Of a stretch of DNA of 64,000 nucleotides, positions 22,116 through 33,161 are shown piece after piece (position 1 is the stretch's first letter; each line of letters opens with the position of its first letter). The stretch is from Balneolaceae bacterium (GTDB lineage: Bacteria > Bacteroidota > Rhodothermia > Balneolales > Balneolaceae). The stretch spans positions 146 through 64,145 of the forward strand of contig REDT01000264.1 of the NCBI GenBank assembly GCA_007693295.1, read 5' to 3'. The translations under genes were made by a program, and so were the position numbers. The notes below the pieces were generated by a model that did not search any database, was not told where the DNA came from, and saw only the letters and a list, made by a program, of their open reading frames with translations.

Positions 22116-23126
22116 ATGATCGATAAAATTGAACAACTCAAAAAAGAGATCCAGGATTTCAATCTATCCGGCAATGATGAACTGGAAGCTTTTCGACTGA
22201 AATTTCTATCCAGAAATGGAGATGTTCAGGAGATGTTCAAACTGATGGGCAGCGTTCCCAAACAGGAAAAAGCCGCTGTGGGCAAGGCGATGAATGAAGT
22301 GAAGGTCCTGGCACAAAACAAGTTTGATACCGCCAAAAAGGAGCTTGAGTCTTCTACAAAAAAGGAGTTTGGCGCCCTTGATGATATTACACTTCCTGTA
22401 GAACCCTCATTCACCGGCTCCTTCCATCCCCTTACGCAGGCACTCGATGAAATCAAACAGATCTTTCTTCGTCTTGGTTTTAACATTGCTGACGGCCCGG
22501 AACTGGAAGATGATTTTCACAATTTTACCGCCCTGAATTTCCCGCCCGACCACCCGGCTCGGGATATGCAGGATACGTTCTTCGTTAGGAAGTCTGATGA
22601 TCCGAAAGTGGACGACCTTGTGCTTCGAACCCATACATCGCCCGTTCAGATCCGGCTGATGAAGGAACAAAAACCGCCGCTGAGATCAATCATGCCCGGA
22701 CGTGTTTTCAGGAATGAAGCCGTTACAGCAAAATCGTACTTCCAGTTTAACCAGGTTGAAGGGCTGTATGTTGACGAACACGTAACGATGGGTGAATTAA
22801 TCGAAACACTCGTTATGTTTGCCAGGCTAATGTACGGCAGCGATGTAAAATACAGGGTTCGTCCCTCCTTTTTCCCCTTTACCGAACCCAGTCTTGAAAT
22901 GGATGTTTGGTGGGGCAGTGAAAATGGCGGACAGTGGCTCGAAATACTTGGTGCGGGAATGGTTGACCCCAATGTATTTGATGCAGCAGGTGTTGACTCA
23001 GAGAAGTATACCGGTTTCGCATTCGGTATGGGTGTAGATCGCATTGCCATGCTGCGCTACGGCATTGATGATATACGCCTTCTTTATGAAAATGATATTC
23101 GCTTTCTGAATCAGTTTAAATCTTAA
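22116..23126 (+). CDS. pheS: Phenylalanine--tRNA ligase alpha subunit
   Basis: HPARDMQDTF, LRTHTSPVQ, FPFTEPS, GFAFGMGVDR. Confidence 0.98.
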   Translation: MIDKIEQLKKEIQDFNLSGNDELEAFRLKFLSRNGDVQEMFKLMGSVPKQEKAAVGKAMNEVKVLAQNKFDTAKKELESSTKKEFGALDDITLPVEPSFTGSFHPLTQALDEIKQIFLRLGFNIADGPELEDDFHNFTALNFPPDHPARDMQDTFFVRKSDDPKVDDLVLRTHTSPVQIRLMKEQKPPLRSIMPGRVFRNEAVTAKSYFQFNQVEGLYVDEHVTMGELIETLVMFARLMYGSDVKYRVRPSFFPFTEPSLEMDVWWGSENGGQWLEILGAGMVDPNVFDAAGVDSEKYTGFAFGMGVDRIAMLRYGIDDIRLLYENDIRFLNQFKS

Positions 23127-23247
23127 ATAGCTCTGCAATCCTTTCAGGTATAGCTTATTAAGTGAGGCCTTAAAAGTTATTCCAATTGAATATTGGCATA
23201 TATCTGAGTTAAAGAAATATTAAAATTATTTACCTGAGTACTCTCCA

Positions 23248-25659
23248 ATGAAAATCTCATACAACTGGTTAAAACAGTATCTCGACTTTGACCTTACTCC
23301 CGAACAGACTGAAGAGAAATTAACCCTGCTTGGCCTTGAAGTTGAAGAGGCCGAACGGATTGGATCAGATTTTGAAGGATTTGTTGTTGGCGATGTACTT
23401 GAGGTTAAATCTCACCCTAACGCCGATAAGCTCCAGGTGTGCCGCGTAGATATTGGCAAAGAGGAAGTTCAAATAGTGTGCGGTGCCAAAAATGTTGCTG
23501 CCGGTCAAAAAGTACCCGTAGCCACCGTTGGCTCTACCCTTCCGGTTCCTATGGAAGACGGCAGCTACCTGAAGATAAAGAAGGCCAAGCTGCGTGGCGA
23601 AGAGTCGCACGGAATGATCTGCTCCAAATCTGAATTGGGAATTGGCGATGACCACTCAGGAATTATGGTGCTTGATACCGACGCTGAGGCCGGAAGTGAA
23701 CTCAAACAGGAGCTCAAAATTGAAAAAGATACTGTATTTGAGATCGGCCTTACCCCTAACCGCCCGGATGCATCATGCCACATCGGTGTAGCGAGGGATC
23801 TCTCTGCAGTTGTAGAAACCTCCCTGAAGAACCCTTATTCCGAAATTAAGCCTAAGCCGGGGAACATTGACGAGCGTATCAGGATTTCAATTCAGGATAG
23901 TGATAAATGCCATCGCTATGCAGCCCTGCTGGTTGAGAATGTAACCGTTAAAGAGTCACCTGAATGGCTTAAAACCCGTCTTTTGGCTATTGGTTTGAGA
24001 CCCATAAATAATGTTGTGGACGCCACAAATTTTGTGCTTCATGAGATTGGCCAGCCGCTCCATGCTTTTGACTATAAGCTGATAAACGGGAAAGAGATTA
24101 TTGTAAAGAGTTTCAATAAAGAGACCGCATTCACCACTCTCGACAGCGTTGTTCGTAAAGTACCTGCCGGTTCACTCTTTATTTGTGACGGTAATGGCCC
24201 TGTGGCCATTGCCGGAGTAATGGGTGGTGAAAACAGTGAGGTTACCGAGGCTACAGACTCCATACTGATAGAAAGCGCCTATTTTGAACCGTCATCAATC
24301 CGGAAAACATCCAAAAGCCTCGCCCTTCAAACAGACAGCTCGTACCGTTTTGAACGGGGCATTGATCCAACCATACAGCTAAGAGCCGCACAAAGGGCTG
24401 CAGAATTGATTGCTGAGCTCACCGGCGGTACAATTGTAGAAGGATACAGTGATGTACACCCGGTTAAGAGTGATCAGAAGAGCGTTAATTTGAGAATTTC
24501 ACGGGTTAACCGGCTTTTAGGAACCGAATTAAAGACAGACCGAATAACTTCCATACTGAACAGTCTTGAGATTGAAACAGATAAACTGGAAAGTGATATA
24601 TTAAAATGTACCATCCCTCCCTTCCGTCCCGACATCTCAAGGGAGGTTGATCTGATTGAGGAGGTTGGACGTGTATTTGATTACAATAACATCCCAAGCC
24701 CCGACTCAGCACCTTTCATGGCCCCTGAAGAGCTTTCAGAGCTGGAAGTATTTCATCAGCGAATTCGCTCATTCGCAAAAAATTTGGGATATAAAGAGAT
24801 TGCCACAAATTCGCTGCTCTCAAAAAAAGAAGCTGATATACTTGCAGAAAGAGATCTTCAGATCGACACACTGAACCCTGTATCGCAAGAGAATACAACG
24901 CTCAGAACTCACCTTGAAGGTGGATTTTTGAAATCACTGCGATATAACCTGAACAGAAATGCGCGAACCCTGCGCTTTTTTGAACTGGGCCATATTTTCA
25001 GAAAAAGCGATAATGGAAACTGGGTAAACGGTGTTGAGGAGAATGTACACCTCCTGATGGGACTTTGCGGATTAAAGAAAGATGCAGATTGGCAGGGAGA
25101 GCCTGTTCCATTCACGGTTTTTGATCTCAAGGCAGATATTGAAGCTCTTTTCCAAAACCTTGGAATTCAAATTGAGATGAAACGGGAAGCTGAAGGTAAT
25201 CACCGGCTCAATTATATACTGAATGGAAAAACGGTCTGTACATTAAAACGCGTGGAGGAAACCACATTAAAGGGGTTTGATGTGGAAAGCGACGCTTATC
25301 TGGCTGAAATAAATCTCACCTTCCTGTATGATCAAAATCTGGTAAAAACGGATATTCGATACACTCCTGTTCCAAAATTCCCTGTATTTGAATTTGATGC
25401 AGCATTTACGGTTGACAAGAGTGTTCGCTCGGGGGATATGGCCGAAACAATTCGAAGGGAAGCGGGTACGATATTAAAGTCTGTTTCAGTTTTTGATGTT
25501 TATGAAGGTGAAAATATCGGGCAAGACAAAAAAAGTATTGCTTTTAGGCTTACTTTTTTAGATTCTAATAAGACGTTGAACATCAAAGATGTAGAACCAA
25601 TAGTTCAAAAAATTGTTCAATCGCTTGAGAAAAGCACAGGAGCAAAATTGAGATCGTAA
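23248..25659 (+). CDS. pheT: Phenylalanine--tRNA ligase beta subunit
   Basis: MKISYNWLK, HPNADKL, TPNRPD, RFERGID, FDX-ACB C-terminus. Confidence 0.98.
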   Translation: MKISYNWLKQYLDFDLTPEQTEEKLTLLGLEVEEAERIGSDFEGFVVGDVLEVKSHPNADKLQVCRVDIGKEEVQIVCGAKNVAAGQKVPVATVGSTLPVPMEDGSYLKIKKAKLRGEESHGMICSKSELGIGDDHSGIMVLDTDAEAGSELKQELKIEKDTVFEIGLTPNRPDASCHIGVARDLSAVVETSLKNPYSEIKPKPGNIDERIRISIQDSDKCHRYAALLVENVTVKESPEWLKTRLLAIGLRPINNVVDATNFVLHEIGQPLHAFDYKLINGKEIIVKSFNKETAFTTLDSVVRKVPAGSLFICDGNGPVAIAGVMGGENSEVTEATDSILIESAYFEPSSIRKTSKSLALQTDSSYRFERGIDPTIQLRAAQRAAELIAELTGGTIVEGYSDVHPVKSDQKSVNLRISRVNRLLGTELKTDRITSILNSLEIETDKLESDILKCTIPPFRPDISREVDLIEEVGRVFDYNNIPSPDSAPFMAPEELSELEVFHQRIRSFAKNLGYKEIATNSLLSKKEADILAERDLQIDTLNPVSQENTTLRTHLEGGFLKSLRYNLNRNARTLRFFELGHIFRKSDNGNWVNGVEENVHLLMGLCGLKKDADWQGEPVPFTVFDLKADIEALFQNLGIQIEMKREAEGNHRLNYILNGKTVCTLKRVEETTLKGFDVESDAYLAEINLTFLYDQNLVKTDIRYTPVPKFPVFEFDAAFTVDKSVRSGDMAETIRREAGTILKSVSVFDVYEGENIGQDKKSIAFRLTFLDSNKTLNIKDVEPIVQKIVQSLEKSTGAKLRS

Positions 25660-25670
25660 TTTGAAAATTC

Positions 25671-25919
25671 ATGGCGGCAAGTGAAATCCAAAAAGAGACT
25701 TTTCTAACTCTGCTCGAACAAATTCGAGCTCAGGTTAATGCTCTTAAGAAACAGAATAAAGAATTGGGGCGCGAGAACTTAAAGTTGAAAGCCAAGCTTG
25801 AAGAGATTCAAAAAGATCAAACTGATATATTCTCATCAATCAGTGAATCTGAACGGATAGCCATGCGACATCAGGTTGCGGGATTAATTGAAAAACTAGA
25901 CAAACACCTCGGTAATTGA
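25671..25919 (+). CDS. ZapB-like coiled-coil protein
   Basis: 82 aa heptad coiled coil in the pheT-x-zapA position. Confidence 0.6.
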   Translation: MAASEIQKETFLTLLEQIRAQVNALKKQNKELGRENLKLKAKLEEIQKDQTDIFSSISESERIAMRHQVAGLIEKLDKHLGN

Positions 25920-25920
25920 T

Positions 25921-26211
25921 ATGCAATCGATTAAGGTGACCATTCTCGGCAAGCAAATTCCACTGAAAGTTGAAGAAACTGAGGTCGAAAATACGCGCAA
26001 AATTGCCCAATACGTTGATGAGAAATTCCGCATTTATCGAAACCAGTTATCAAATCAGCCCGATTCCACTGTAATGATTTTAGCCTGTCTGAGTATTTCA
26101 GAAGAGGTTTTTGAGCTCCGATCCAAATTGCAACATGTTCAGGGTAAAGAGAATGAATTAATGGATCAGGTAAATCATCAACTTGAAAAACTAATCGAAG
26201 ATATTTCCTGA
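25921..26211 (+). CDS. zapA: Cell division protein ZapA
   Basis: IKVTILGKQIPL...IAQYVDEK...ILACLSI pattern and synteny. Confidence 0.85.
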   Translation: MQSIKVTILGKQIPLKVEETEVENTRKIAQYVDEKFRIYRNQLSNQPDSTVMILACLSISEEVFELRSKLQHVQGKENELMDQVNHQLEKLIEDIS

Positions 26212-26280
26212 TTACTTCTCCAAGAACTGTAATTCATAAGTATGTGTTACAGAATCAGACTACTCACTCTTTAGCAAGAC

Positions 26281-26895
26281 ATGTATAAAGGCGAACGATT
26301 CAACTCCATTACTCATCTGGTCGGTTCATTAGCAGCCGGAGTCGGATTTATCATTTTGTTAATCATTTCAATTGGGCAGGGCGATCCCTGGAAAATTGTC
26401 AGCTTTACGATATACGGCTCTACCCTCCTTGCTCTTTACACATTCTCCACTCTTTACCACAGTTTTAAAGGAAAATGGAAAACTATCTTTCAAAAGTTTG
26501 ACCATATAGCCATCTATCTTCTAATTGCCGGCACCTACACGCCGTTCACGCTTGTAACCCTTCAGGGGGAAGTTGGCTGGACACTGTTTGCGATCGTGTG
26601 GGGATTGGCGATGATCGGGATTATTATTGACCTCCTGCCACAAAAAGGTCACCGGATTCTGCCTCTCATAATCTATTTAATGATGGGCTGGCTTGTCGTT
26701 TTGGTATTGGAGCCGTTGGCGGCTACCATGTCGATGACGGGTATGAACCTGCTGATAGCGGGCGGCCTGTTCTATACAGTAGGAGTTCTGTTTTATGTAT
26801 TGGATCGAACTCATAAACTGGCTCACGGGATATGGCATCTGTTTGTTCTTGCAGGAAGTATAAGCCACTTTTTTACGGTCGCCTTATATGTTTAG
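26281..26895 (+). CDS. Hemolysin III / PAQR family membrane protein (TrhA-like)
   Basis: NSITH, STLYH, DHIAIYLLIAGTYTPF, HGIWHLFVLAGS. Confidence 0.92.
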   Translation: MYKGERFNSITHLVGSLAAGVGFIILLIISIGQGDPWKIVSFTIYGSTLLALYTFSTLYHSFKGKWKTIFQKFDHIAIYLLIAGTYTPFTLVTLQGEVGWTLFAIVWGLAMIGIIIDLLPQKGHRILPLIIYLMMGWLVVLVLEPLAATMSMTGMNLLIAGGLFYTVGVLFYVLDRTHKLAHGIWHLFVLAGSISHFFTVALYV

Positions 26896-26982
26896 AAGAG
26901 TCGTAAATCAAAGTTCGTACAAATCTCACCCTGTTATTTTTTACCTTACCTCTCTTTCTAAATCTGAATCACTTATTAAATA

Positions 26983-27792
26983 ATGCCACAAACAGTAAAG
27001 ATTTTCTTTATCGCAGATATTGTAGGAGAAACCGGTTTGAACATGCTGGAAACTATGTTCCCACCGTTGAGAGAGAAATACAAACCCGATTTTATCATTG
27101 CTAACGCAGAGAATTCACATGAAGGGCGGGGTTTAAATCAAGCAATTGTAAAACGATTGTATGACCTGGATGTGGATGTAATAACGGGCGGCAATCACTC
27201 TTTCGACAAGTGGAAGATCTTCTCATATATGAAAACCGATGAACGGCTCCTTCGCCCGCTGAACTATCCAAAAGGAAATGCGGGATATGGGTATGGTGTC
27301 TATCCGGTTAAGGGCTCTGCAATCAAAATTGGTGTGTTGAATCTTCAGGGGCGCACTTTCATGCCGCAGATTGACGACCCCTTCTCCACAAGTGAGTGGG
27401 CATTGGAGAGAATTAAAAAAGAGACCGAGATCGTGTTTGTTGATTTCCACGCCGAAGCTACTGCCGAAAAACTGGCCTATGCGTGGACCGTGGATGGGAA
27501 AGTATCGGCCGTAGTGGGCACTCACACACATGTTCCAACCAACGACGCACGAATTTTACCCAATGGTACAGGATATATTACAGATGCGGGCATGACCGGG
27601 CCCTTCGAGTCCGTTATAGGTATGGATACAGCCACGTCTATCAGGCGGTTTACGCTCGGCACACCACAGAAATATAAAATTGCAGATAAAGACAACAGGA
27701 TATGCGGAGTTTATCTTGAAATTGACCAAGAGAGCTCAAAATGCGTTCATATAGAGCCTGTCATCTTTCCTGAATTCAATAACAAGGTATAA
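26983..27792 (+). CDS. ymdB: YmdB-like metallophosphoesterase (TIGR00282-type)
   Basis: DIVG, IANAEN, TGGNH, DFHAEATAEK, GTHTHV, TDAGMTG. Confidence 0.92.
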   Translation: MPQTVKIFFIADIVGETGLNMLETMFPPLREKYKPDFIIANAENSHEGRGLNQAIVKRLYDLDVDVITGGNHSFDKWKIFSYMKTDERLLRPLNYPKGNAGYGYGVYPVKGSAIKIGVLNLQGRTFMPQIDDPFSTSEWALERIKKETEIVFVDFHAEATAEKLAYAWTVDGKVSAVVGTHTHVPTNDARILPNGTGYITDAGMTGPFESVIGMDTATSIRRFTLGTPQKYKIADKDNRICGVYLEIDQESSKCVHIEPVIFPEFNNKV

Positions 27793-27797
27793 ATTCG

Positions 27798-28490
27798 ATG
27801 AATAAAGAAGTTGTGCTTCATTGCAGAGGAATTGAAAAAAAGTTTAAATCGAAATCAGGAACTGAAGATCTTCACATCTTGCGCGGAGTTGAACTCAATG
27901 TTCGCGGAGCTGAGATTATATCTATAGTGGGATCAAGCGGAAGCGGCAAAAGTACGCTGCTTCACATTCTTGGCGGACTAGACCGGCCCAACGGGGGAAA
28001 GGTTTTTTGGGATGATGAATCAATTTACGATCACAAAGCAGACCGGCTGGCTGAATTGCGAAACAGTAAAGTTGGTTTTGTATTTCAGTTCCATCACCTC
28101 CTGCCGGAATTTACCGCGGTTGAAAATGTAATGATGCCGGCCCTGATTGGAGGAACAAGCCAAAAAAAGGCTGAAAAACGTGCTGCTAATTTATTGGACC
28201 GGTTTGGTCTCTCAGAACGCCTGATGCACAGGCCTTCTGAACTCTCGGGTGGTGAACAACAACGAGTTTCAATGGCACGGGCTTTAATGAATAACCCTGC
28301 ACTCATCCTGGCAGATGAACCCACCGGAAATCTGGATGAAAAAAATACAGAAGCGATTCTTGAACTCCTTTTTGAACTGCGTGATACGGAGGATGTATCC
28401 ATCGTTCTGATTACTCACGAAAAGGATATTGCAAGCCGTTGTGATACACTCTACTCCCTTCAGCATGGTATACTTCAAAAAGAGGGATAG
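27798..28490 (+). CDS. lolD: Lipoprotein-releasing ABC ATPase LolD-like
   Basis: GSSGSGKST, GFVFQFHHLLPEF, LSGGEQQR, ADEPTGNLD. Confidence 0.85.
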   Translation: MNKEVVLHCRGIEKKFKSKSGTEDLHILRGVELNVRGAEIISIVGSSGSGKSTLLHILGGLDRPNGGKVFWDDESIYDHKADRLAELRNSKVGFVFQFHHLLPEFTAVENVMMPALIGGTSQKKAEKRAANLLDRFGLSERLMHRPSELSGGEQQRVSMARALMNNPALILADEPTGNLDEKNTEAILELLFELRDTEDVSIVLITHEKDIASRCDTLYSLQHGILQKEG

Positions 28491-28526
28491 GCTTTCATTT
28501 TACTTGGTTAAATCACCAAACAATGA

Positions 28527-28534
28527 TAACTTTG
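28527..28534 (+). promoter_or_regulatory. Bacteroidota-type -7 promoter element
   Basis: TAACTTTG with TTG about 20 nt upstream (28504-28506), ahead of the TPR gene. Confidence 0.55.
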
Positions 28535-28590
28535 CAAGTCTAAACAAGAAATTATGATTCGTCAGCAGCCATATATAATTAACGACTAAA

Positions 28591-29274
28591 ATGAGCAAAA
28601 AACTATCGAAGGAAGATCTGGAACAGGATCTTCTAATTGAATATTCATCACGTTTTGTACACTTCTACAGTCAAAATAAAGCTGCCGTACTTGGCGGCGG
28701 AGTCGCTATTATTTTGGTGATTGGGTTGATTATCGGTTATGTTATTTACAGCGGCCAGCAAGAGAGCCGGGCACAGGAGTTGCTTGGTGTAGCCGAACGT
28801 TCACTTGCACAAGGGGATTTCGAAACGGCTCTACATGGAGATGATGAGGATTTAACTCTTGGATTCGTACAAATTGCAAATAACTACAGCCGTACAGATG
28901 CCGGCAACCTTGCAAAATACTATGCCGCAGTATCAGAATATGAATTGGGCAACTATGAATCCGCATTAGATTTTATAAAACAGTTCAATGTTCCCAGAGG
29001 AATATTAGGTGTTTCTCCTATATCTCTGCATGCTATACTATTAGCTGAACTCGACAGGTATGATGAAGCGGCCAGAAAATTTGAAGAAGCAGCCCGCTGG
29101 GATGAGAACGAAGCTACCACTCCCTACAATCTTTTTGAAGCTGCACAAGCCTATTTAGAAGTTGAAAAGCCTCAGGAGTCCAGACGTCTGCTTGATGAGA
29201 TATTAGAAAAATACCCTACCAGCCAGATAGCCAGCAGAGCTCAGCGCCTAAGGGGACAAATTGCAGCACGTTAA
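28591..29274 (+). CDS. Membrane-anchored TPR protein (YfgM-like)
   Basis: Single N-terminal TM helix followed by TPR-like helices ending ILEKYPTS. Confidence 0.75.
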   Translation: MSKKLSKEDLEQDLLIEYSSRFVHFYSQNKAAVLGGGVAIILVIGLIIGYVIYSGQQESRAQELLGVAERSLAQGDFETALHGDDEDLTLGFVQIANNYSRTDAGNLAKYYAAVSEYELGNYESALDFIKQFNVPRGILGVSPISLHAILLAELDRYDEAARKFEEAARWDENEATTPYNLFEAAQAYLEVEKPQESRRLLDEILEKYPTSQIASRAQRLRGQIAAR

Positions 29275-29611
29275 GTGGAACGCTTCGCGTTCTACTGTTG
29301 AGTGCTCTCCGCCAGCCGGCGGTTCGCGTTGAGTACTCGCTTTGCTCGTGTTTAGTGCTCACTGCGCTCGCGTGTAGAAGTATTAGCACTGCTTAGGTCG
29401 AGTTCGGAGAGTTGAAACATGAAAAGCAAGATTGATATGTATTTGTTCTCCAACTCAACGTGAGCGGAGCGAACACTCAACACGCCGAAGGCGTACTAAA
29501 CATAACGCGCAGCGTTATACTTAACGCGAACGCAGTGAGCACTCAACAGAACGCGAAGCGTTCTACTCAACGTGCGAAGCACACTCAACTCGTACTTCGC
29601 TCAAACTCGAC
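29270..29611. repeat. Family B inverted heptamer array with triloop-hairpin spacers
   Basis: Left arm 4x GTT(G/A/T)AGT linkers, right arm 7x ACT(C/A/T)AAC linkers, separated by 11-24 nt spacers that are mostly hairpins. Confidence 0.9.
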
Positions 29612-29658
29612 GCTCAGAGACACAGACGAATTTTTGAGTTTGCCCACTTCACGGTTGA

Positions 29659-32600
29659 TTACATATTTCGCCGATACTGCCCGCCTACCTGATAAAGCGC
29701 ATGTGATATCTGACCCAATGAAGATACTTTTACAGTCTCCATTAACTCCTCAAACAGATTACCATTCTTTCTGGCAGTCTCTTTAAGCTTCTCAATCGCC
29801 TTTTTGGAAGCTTCTTCATTAATTTTTTGAAAAGCATTCAGGTTCTTAATCTGCTGCAGTTTTTCATCCTCTGTAGATCGAATCAATTCAATCTCCCGCT
29901 CGTCCTCTTCAGTTTTTATATCGCTTTTAAACGTATTCACGCCAATAATGGGAAGTTCACCGGAATGCTTAAGCGATTCATAATGAAGGCTCTCTTCCTG
30001 AATTTTACCACGCTGGTACATGCTCTCCATCGCTCCGAGAACGCCGCCTCTTTCGGTGAGGCGATCAAATTCGAGCAGAATAGCCTCTTCTACCAAATCA
30101 GTTAACTCTTCAATAATAAACGAACCCTGAAGCGGATTCTCATTCTTGGTCAAGCCCATCTCTTTGTTGATAATAAGCTGTATTGCCAGGGCACGCCTTA
30201 CTGACGCTTCCGTTGGAGTGGTAATGGCCTCGTCGTAAGCATTGGTGTGAAGAGAGTTACAGTTGTCATATACGGCCATCAGGGCCTGAAGTGTTGTCCT
30301 GATATCATTAAACTGAATCTCCTGCGCATGAAGCGACCTGCCGCTTGTTTGAATATGATATTTCAGCTTTTGGGATCTCTCGTTGGCTGAGTACCTGTGT
30401 TTCATCGCTATGGCCCAGATTCTTCGTGCTACACGCCCAATCACCGCATACTCAGGGTCTAAGCCGTTGCTGAAGAAGAACGAGAGGTTGTGGGCGAAAT
30501 CATCAACAGTTAAGCCTCTTGACAGATAGTACTCCACGAAAGTAAATCCATTAGACAGGGTAAATGCAGCCTGGGTTATCGGGTTAGCACCCGCCTCAGC
30601 TATATGATATCCTGATATAGAAACAGAGTAGTAATTTCTCACCTCATGCTCGGTGAAATAGGTTTGGATATCCCCCATCATTTTAAGGGCAAACTCTGTT
30701 GAAAATATGCACGTGTTCTGGGCCTGATCCTCTTTTAGAATATCGGCCTGAACCGTGCCCCGTACGATTTTCAGGGTGTCTTCCTTAATTTTTTCATAGG
30801 TATCCTTATCAACAAGAAGATCACCGCTAATACCGAGTGTACCCAAACCAAACTGATTGTTTGTGGGAGGCAGTTCCATCTCATATTTCGGCCTCGAAGT
30901 CTTCTTCTCTTTAAAAATGGATTCGATTTTTTTGGAAGCTTCATCCCATTTACCACTCTTTTTTAGGTAGCGCTCAACCTCCTGATCTATGGCCGTATTC
31001 ATGTACATGGCCAAAATCATGGGTGCAGGCCCATTAATCGTCATCGACACCGAAGTTGTTGGCGATGTGAGCTCGAAACCTGAATAGAGTTTCTTCATAT
31101 CGTCGAGGGTGCAAATACTTACTCCGGAATTCCCGATTTTCCCGTAAATATCCGGCCTGTGATCGGGATCTTCTCCATAAAGGGTTACCGAATCAAAAGC
31201 GGTCGATAGCCGTGCTGCCGGCATTCCCTCACTTACATAGTGAAAACGCCGGTTGGTCCGTTCCGGGGTACCTTCACCTGCAAACATCCGCGTGGGATCT
31301 TCTCCCTCACGCTTAAATGGGAATACTCCGGCTGTGTAGGGAAAATAACCCGGCAGGTTCTCCTTTAATGCAAATTTCAGCCGGTCACCCAGGCTTTTTG
31401 TAGTCGGCAGTGAAATTCTCGGTATTTTAGTACCGCTCAGCGACTCCCGGTACAACTCATTCTTTATTACCTTGTCCCTGATTTTTACGTCAAAGGTCTC
31501 CTGCCGGTACTTCTGGTAGAGTTGATCCCAATTTTCAAGGATTTTGGAAGGCAACGGGTCCAGTTTAACCGACCAGTGCTGCTCCATCTCTTCGAGCCTG
31601 GAGATAATGAGTTGATCATCTTCCGGCTTCCAGTTTTTCACCTGGCCAATAGTGCCGCGTACATGGTCCAGTTTTGAGGCGATTTCCACCTGTTCTTCCA
31701 CCCATTTGTGATAGTCGTTAATGGCTTCAGCAATTTCAGAGAGATATCGCTGCCGTTTACCGGGTATCACAGCCTGGATATGCAGGTCTTCGGCCGGCTT
31801 GGAATTGGTATAGAGCTCTGTTTTCCAGTTCAGCGGAAATCGGTCGTTAATTTTGTCAACTATAGCTGAAAATAACCTGTGAACCCCTTCATCATTAAAC
31901 TGGGCCGCAATGGTGGGATAGACGGGCATGTTTACCGGTTTTTCATGCCACTCTCCCCTGTTTCTTTGAATTTGTTTCCGTATATCACGAAGAGCATCCA
32001 GAGATCCTTTCTTCTCAAACTTATTCAATACCACAAGGTCGGCAAGGTCGAGCATGTTGATCTTTTCCAGCTGTGTTGCAGCTCCATACTCATGCGTCAT
32101 CACATAGATCGGGATATCTGATATCTCAACAATCTCTGCGCCGCTTTGCCCAATACCGCTTGTTTCCACAATAATCAGATCAAATCCTGCAGTTTTATAG
32201 ATCTCTATCACACCCTGAACAGCATCACTGATTGATTTATTGGATGCACGGGTTGCCAAACTTCTCATGAATACACGGTCGGTATCAATGCTGTTCATCC
32301 GAATACGATCACCCAGCAGCGCTCCACCGGTTCTTATTTTTGATGGATCAATCGATACTACACCAATGGTTAATTCTTTAAATTCTGTAATGAAACGCCG
32401 AATGATTTCGTCGGTGAGTGAACTCTTCCCGGCTCCGCCTGTGCCTGTAATTCCCAATACCGGGATTGAAGCAGCTTTTCCTGAGGTTAGTTTCTTCTTT
32501 TTATTGATTACTAAATCATTTCCGTCAAATTTCAGATACTCTTCCAGTCCGTTTTCAAGGGCTGTAATTCCACGGGATATGGAGTTGGTTACGCGATTGG

Positions 32601-33138
32601 TAATCTCTTGCGGATCGGCCGGTGCAATTTTAACGGTATCAAAATCACATCTTTCCAACATGTGATTGATCATGCCCTGAAGGCCCATTTTACTGCCATC
32701 CTCGACCGAGAATATTCGCTCTACTCCATAGGCATGAAGTTCAGAAATCTCTCTTCCCACTATGACTCCGCCCCCGCCGCCAAACACTTTAATATGTGAT
32801 GCATTCTTCTCTTTAAGCAGGTCAACCATATATTTAAAATACTCCATATGGCCGCCCTGGTACGAGCTGATGGCTATACCCTGTGCGTCTTCCTGAATAG
32901 CACAGTTCACAATTTCATGAACCGACCGGTTATGCCCCAAATGGATCACTTCTGCACCGGTGCCCTGCAGAATACGCCGCATTATGTTGATGCTGGCATC
33001 GTGCCCGTCAAAAAGACTTGCGGCGGTAACAAATCGAATTTTGTTTTTTGGGGAGTACTTTTTTATGGGTTCATACCCGTTAGTAGAAACGGATTTTTTT
33101 TTGGTCGAACTTGTAGATTTAACTGATCCTTCAGACAT
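29659..33138 (-). CDS. icmF: Fused isobutyryl-CoA mutase / MeaB-type GTPase IcmF
   Basis: B12-binding [18 protein letters not shown] GTPase, mutase motifs [28 protein letters not shown]. Confidence 0.95.
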   Translation of the reverse strand: MSEGSVKSTSSTKKKSVSTNGYEPIKKYSPKNKIRFVTAASLFDGHDASINIMRRILQGTGAEVIHLGHNRSVHEIVNCAIQEDAQGIAISSYQGGHMEYFKYMVDLLKEKNASHIKVFGGGGGVIVGREISELHAYGVERIFSVEDGSKMGLQGMINHMLERCDFDTVKIAPADPQEITNRVTNSISRGITALENGLEEYLKFDGNDLVINKKKKLTSGKAASIPVLGITGTGGAGKSSLTDEIIRRFITEFKELTIGVVSIDPSKIRTGGALLGDRIRMNSIDTDRVFMRSLATRASNKSISDAVQGVIEIYKTAGFDLIIVETSGIGQSGAEIVEISDIPIYVMTHEYGAATQLEKINMLDLADLVVLNKFEKKGSLDALRDIRKQIQRNRGEWHEKPVNMPVYPTIAAQFNDEGVHRLFSAIVDKINDRFPLNWKTELYTNSKPAEDLHIQAVIPGKRQRYLSEIAEAINDYHKWVEEQVEIASKLDHVRGTIGQVKNWKPEDDQLIISRLEEMEQHWSVKLDPLPSKILENWDQLYQKYRQETFDVKIRDKVIKNELYRESLSGTKIPRISLPTTKSLGDRLKFALKENLPGYFPYTAGVFPFKREGEDPTRMFAGEGTPERTNRRFHYVSEGMPAARLSTAFDSVTLYGEDPDHRPDIYGKIGNSGVSICTLDDMKKLYSGFELTSPTTSVSMTINGPAPMILAMYMNTAIDQEVERYLKKSGKWDEASKKIESIFKEKKTSRPKYEMELPPTNNQFGLGTLGISGDLLVDKDTYEKIKEDTLKIVRGTVQADILKEDQAQNTCIFSTEFALKMMGDIQTYFTEHEVRNYYSVSISGYHIAEAGANPITQAAFTLSNGFTFVEYYLSRGLTVDDFAHNLSFFFSNGLDPEYAVIGRVARRIWAIAMKHRYSANERSQKLKYHIQTSGRSLHAQEIQFNDIRTTLQALMAVYDNCNSLHTNAYDEAITTPTEASVRRALAIQLIINKEMGLTKNENPLQGSFIIEELTDLVEEAILLEFDRLTERGGVLGAMESMYQRGKIQEESLHYESLKHSGELPIIGVNTFKSDIKTEEDEREIELIRSTEDEKLQQIKNLNAFQKINEEASKKAIEKLKETARKNGNLFEELMETVKVSSLGQISHALYQVGGQYRRNM

Positions 33139-33161
33139 AAATTGATTTCAATATTTAACCG

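Noticed and set aside
26212..26280. 6S RNA downstream of zapA
   Set aside because: The interval is about 70 nt, too short for the ~180-nt 6S RNA
29453..29589. CRISPR array
   Set aside because: The constant unit is only 7 nt, the spacers are 11-17 nt self-complementary hairpins, and there are no cas genes; reported as a different repeat type
29460..29786. 108-aa ORF MSGANTQHAEGV...
   Set aside because: Translation of the hairpin array running antisense into icmF; no protein-like features
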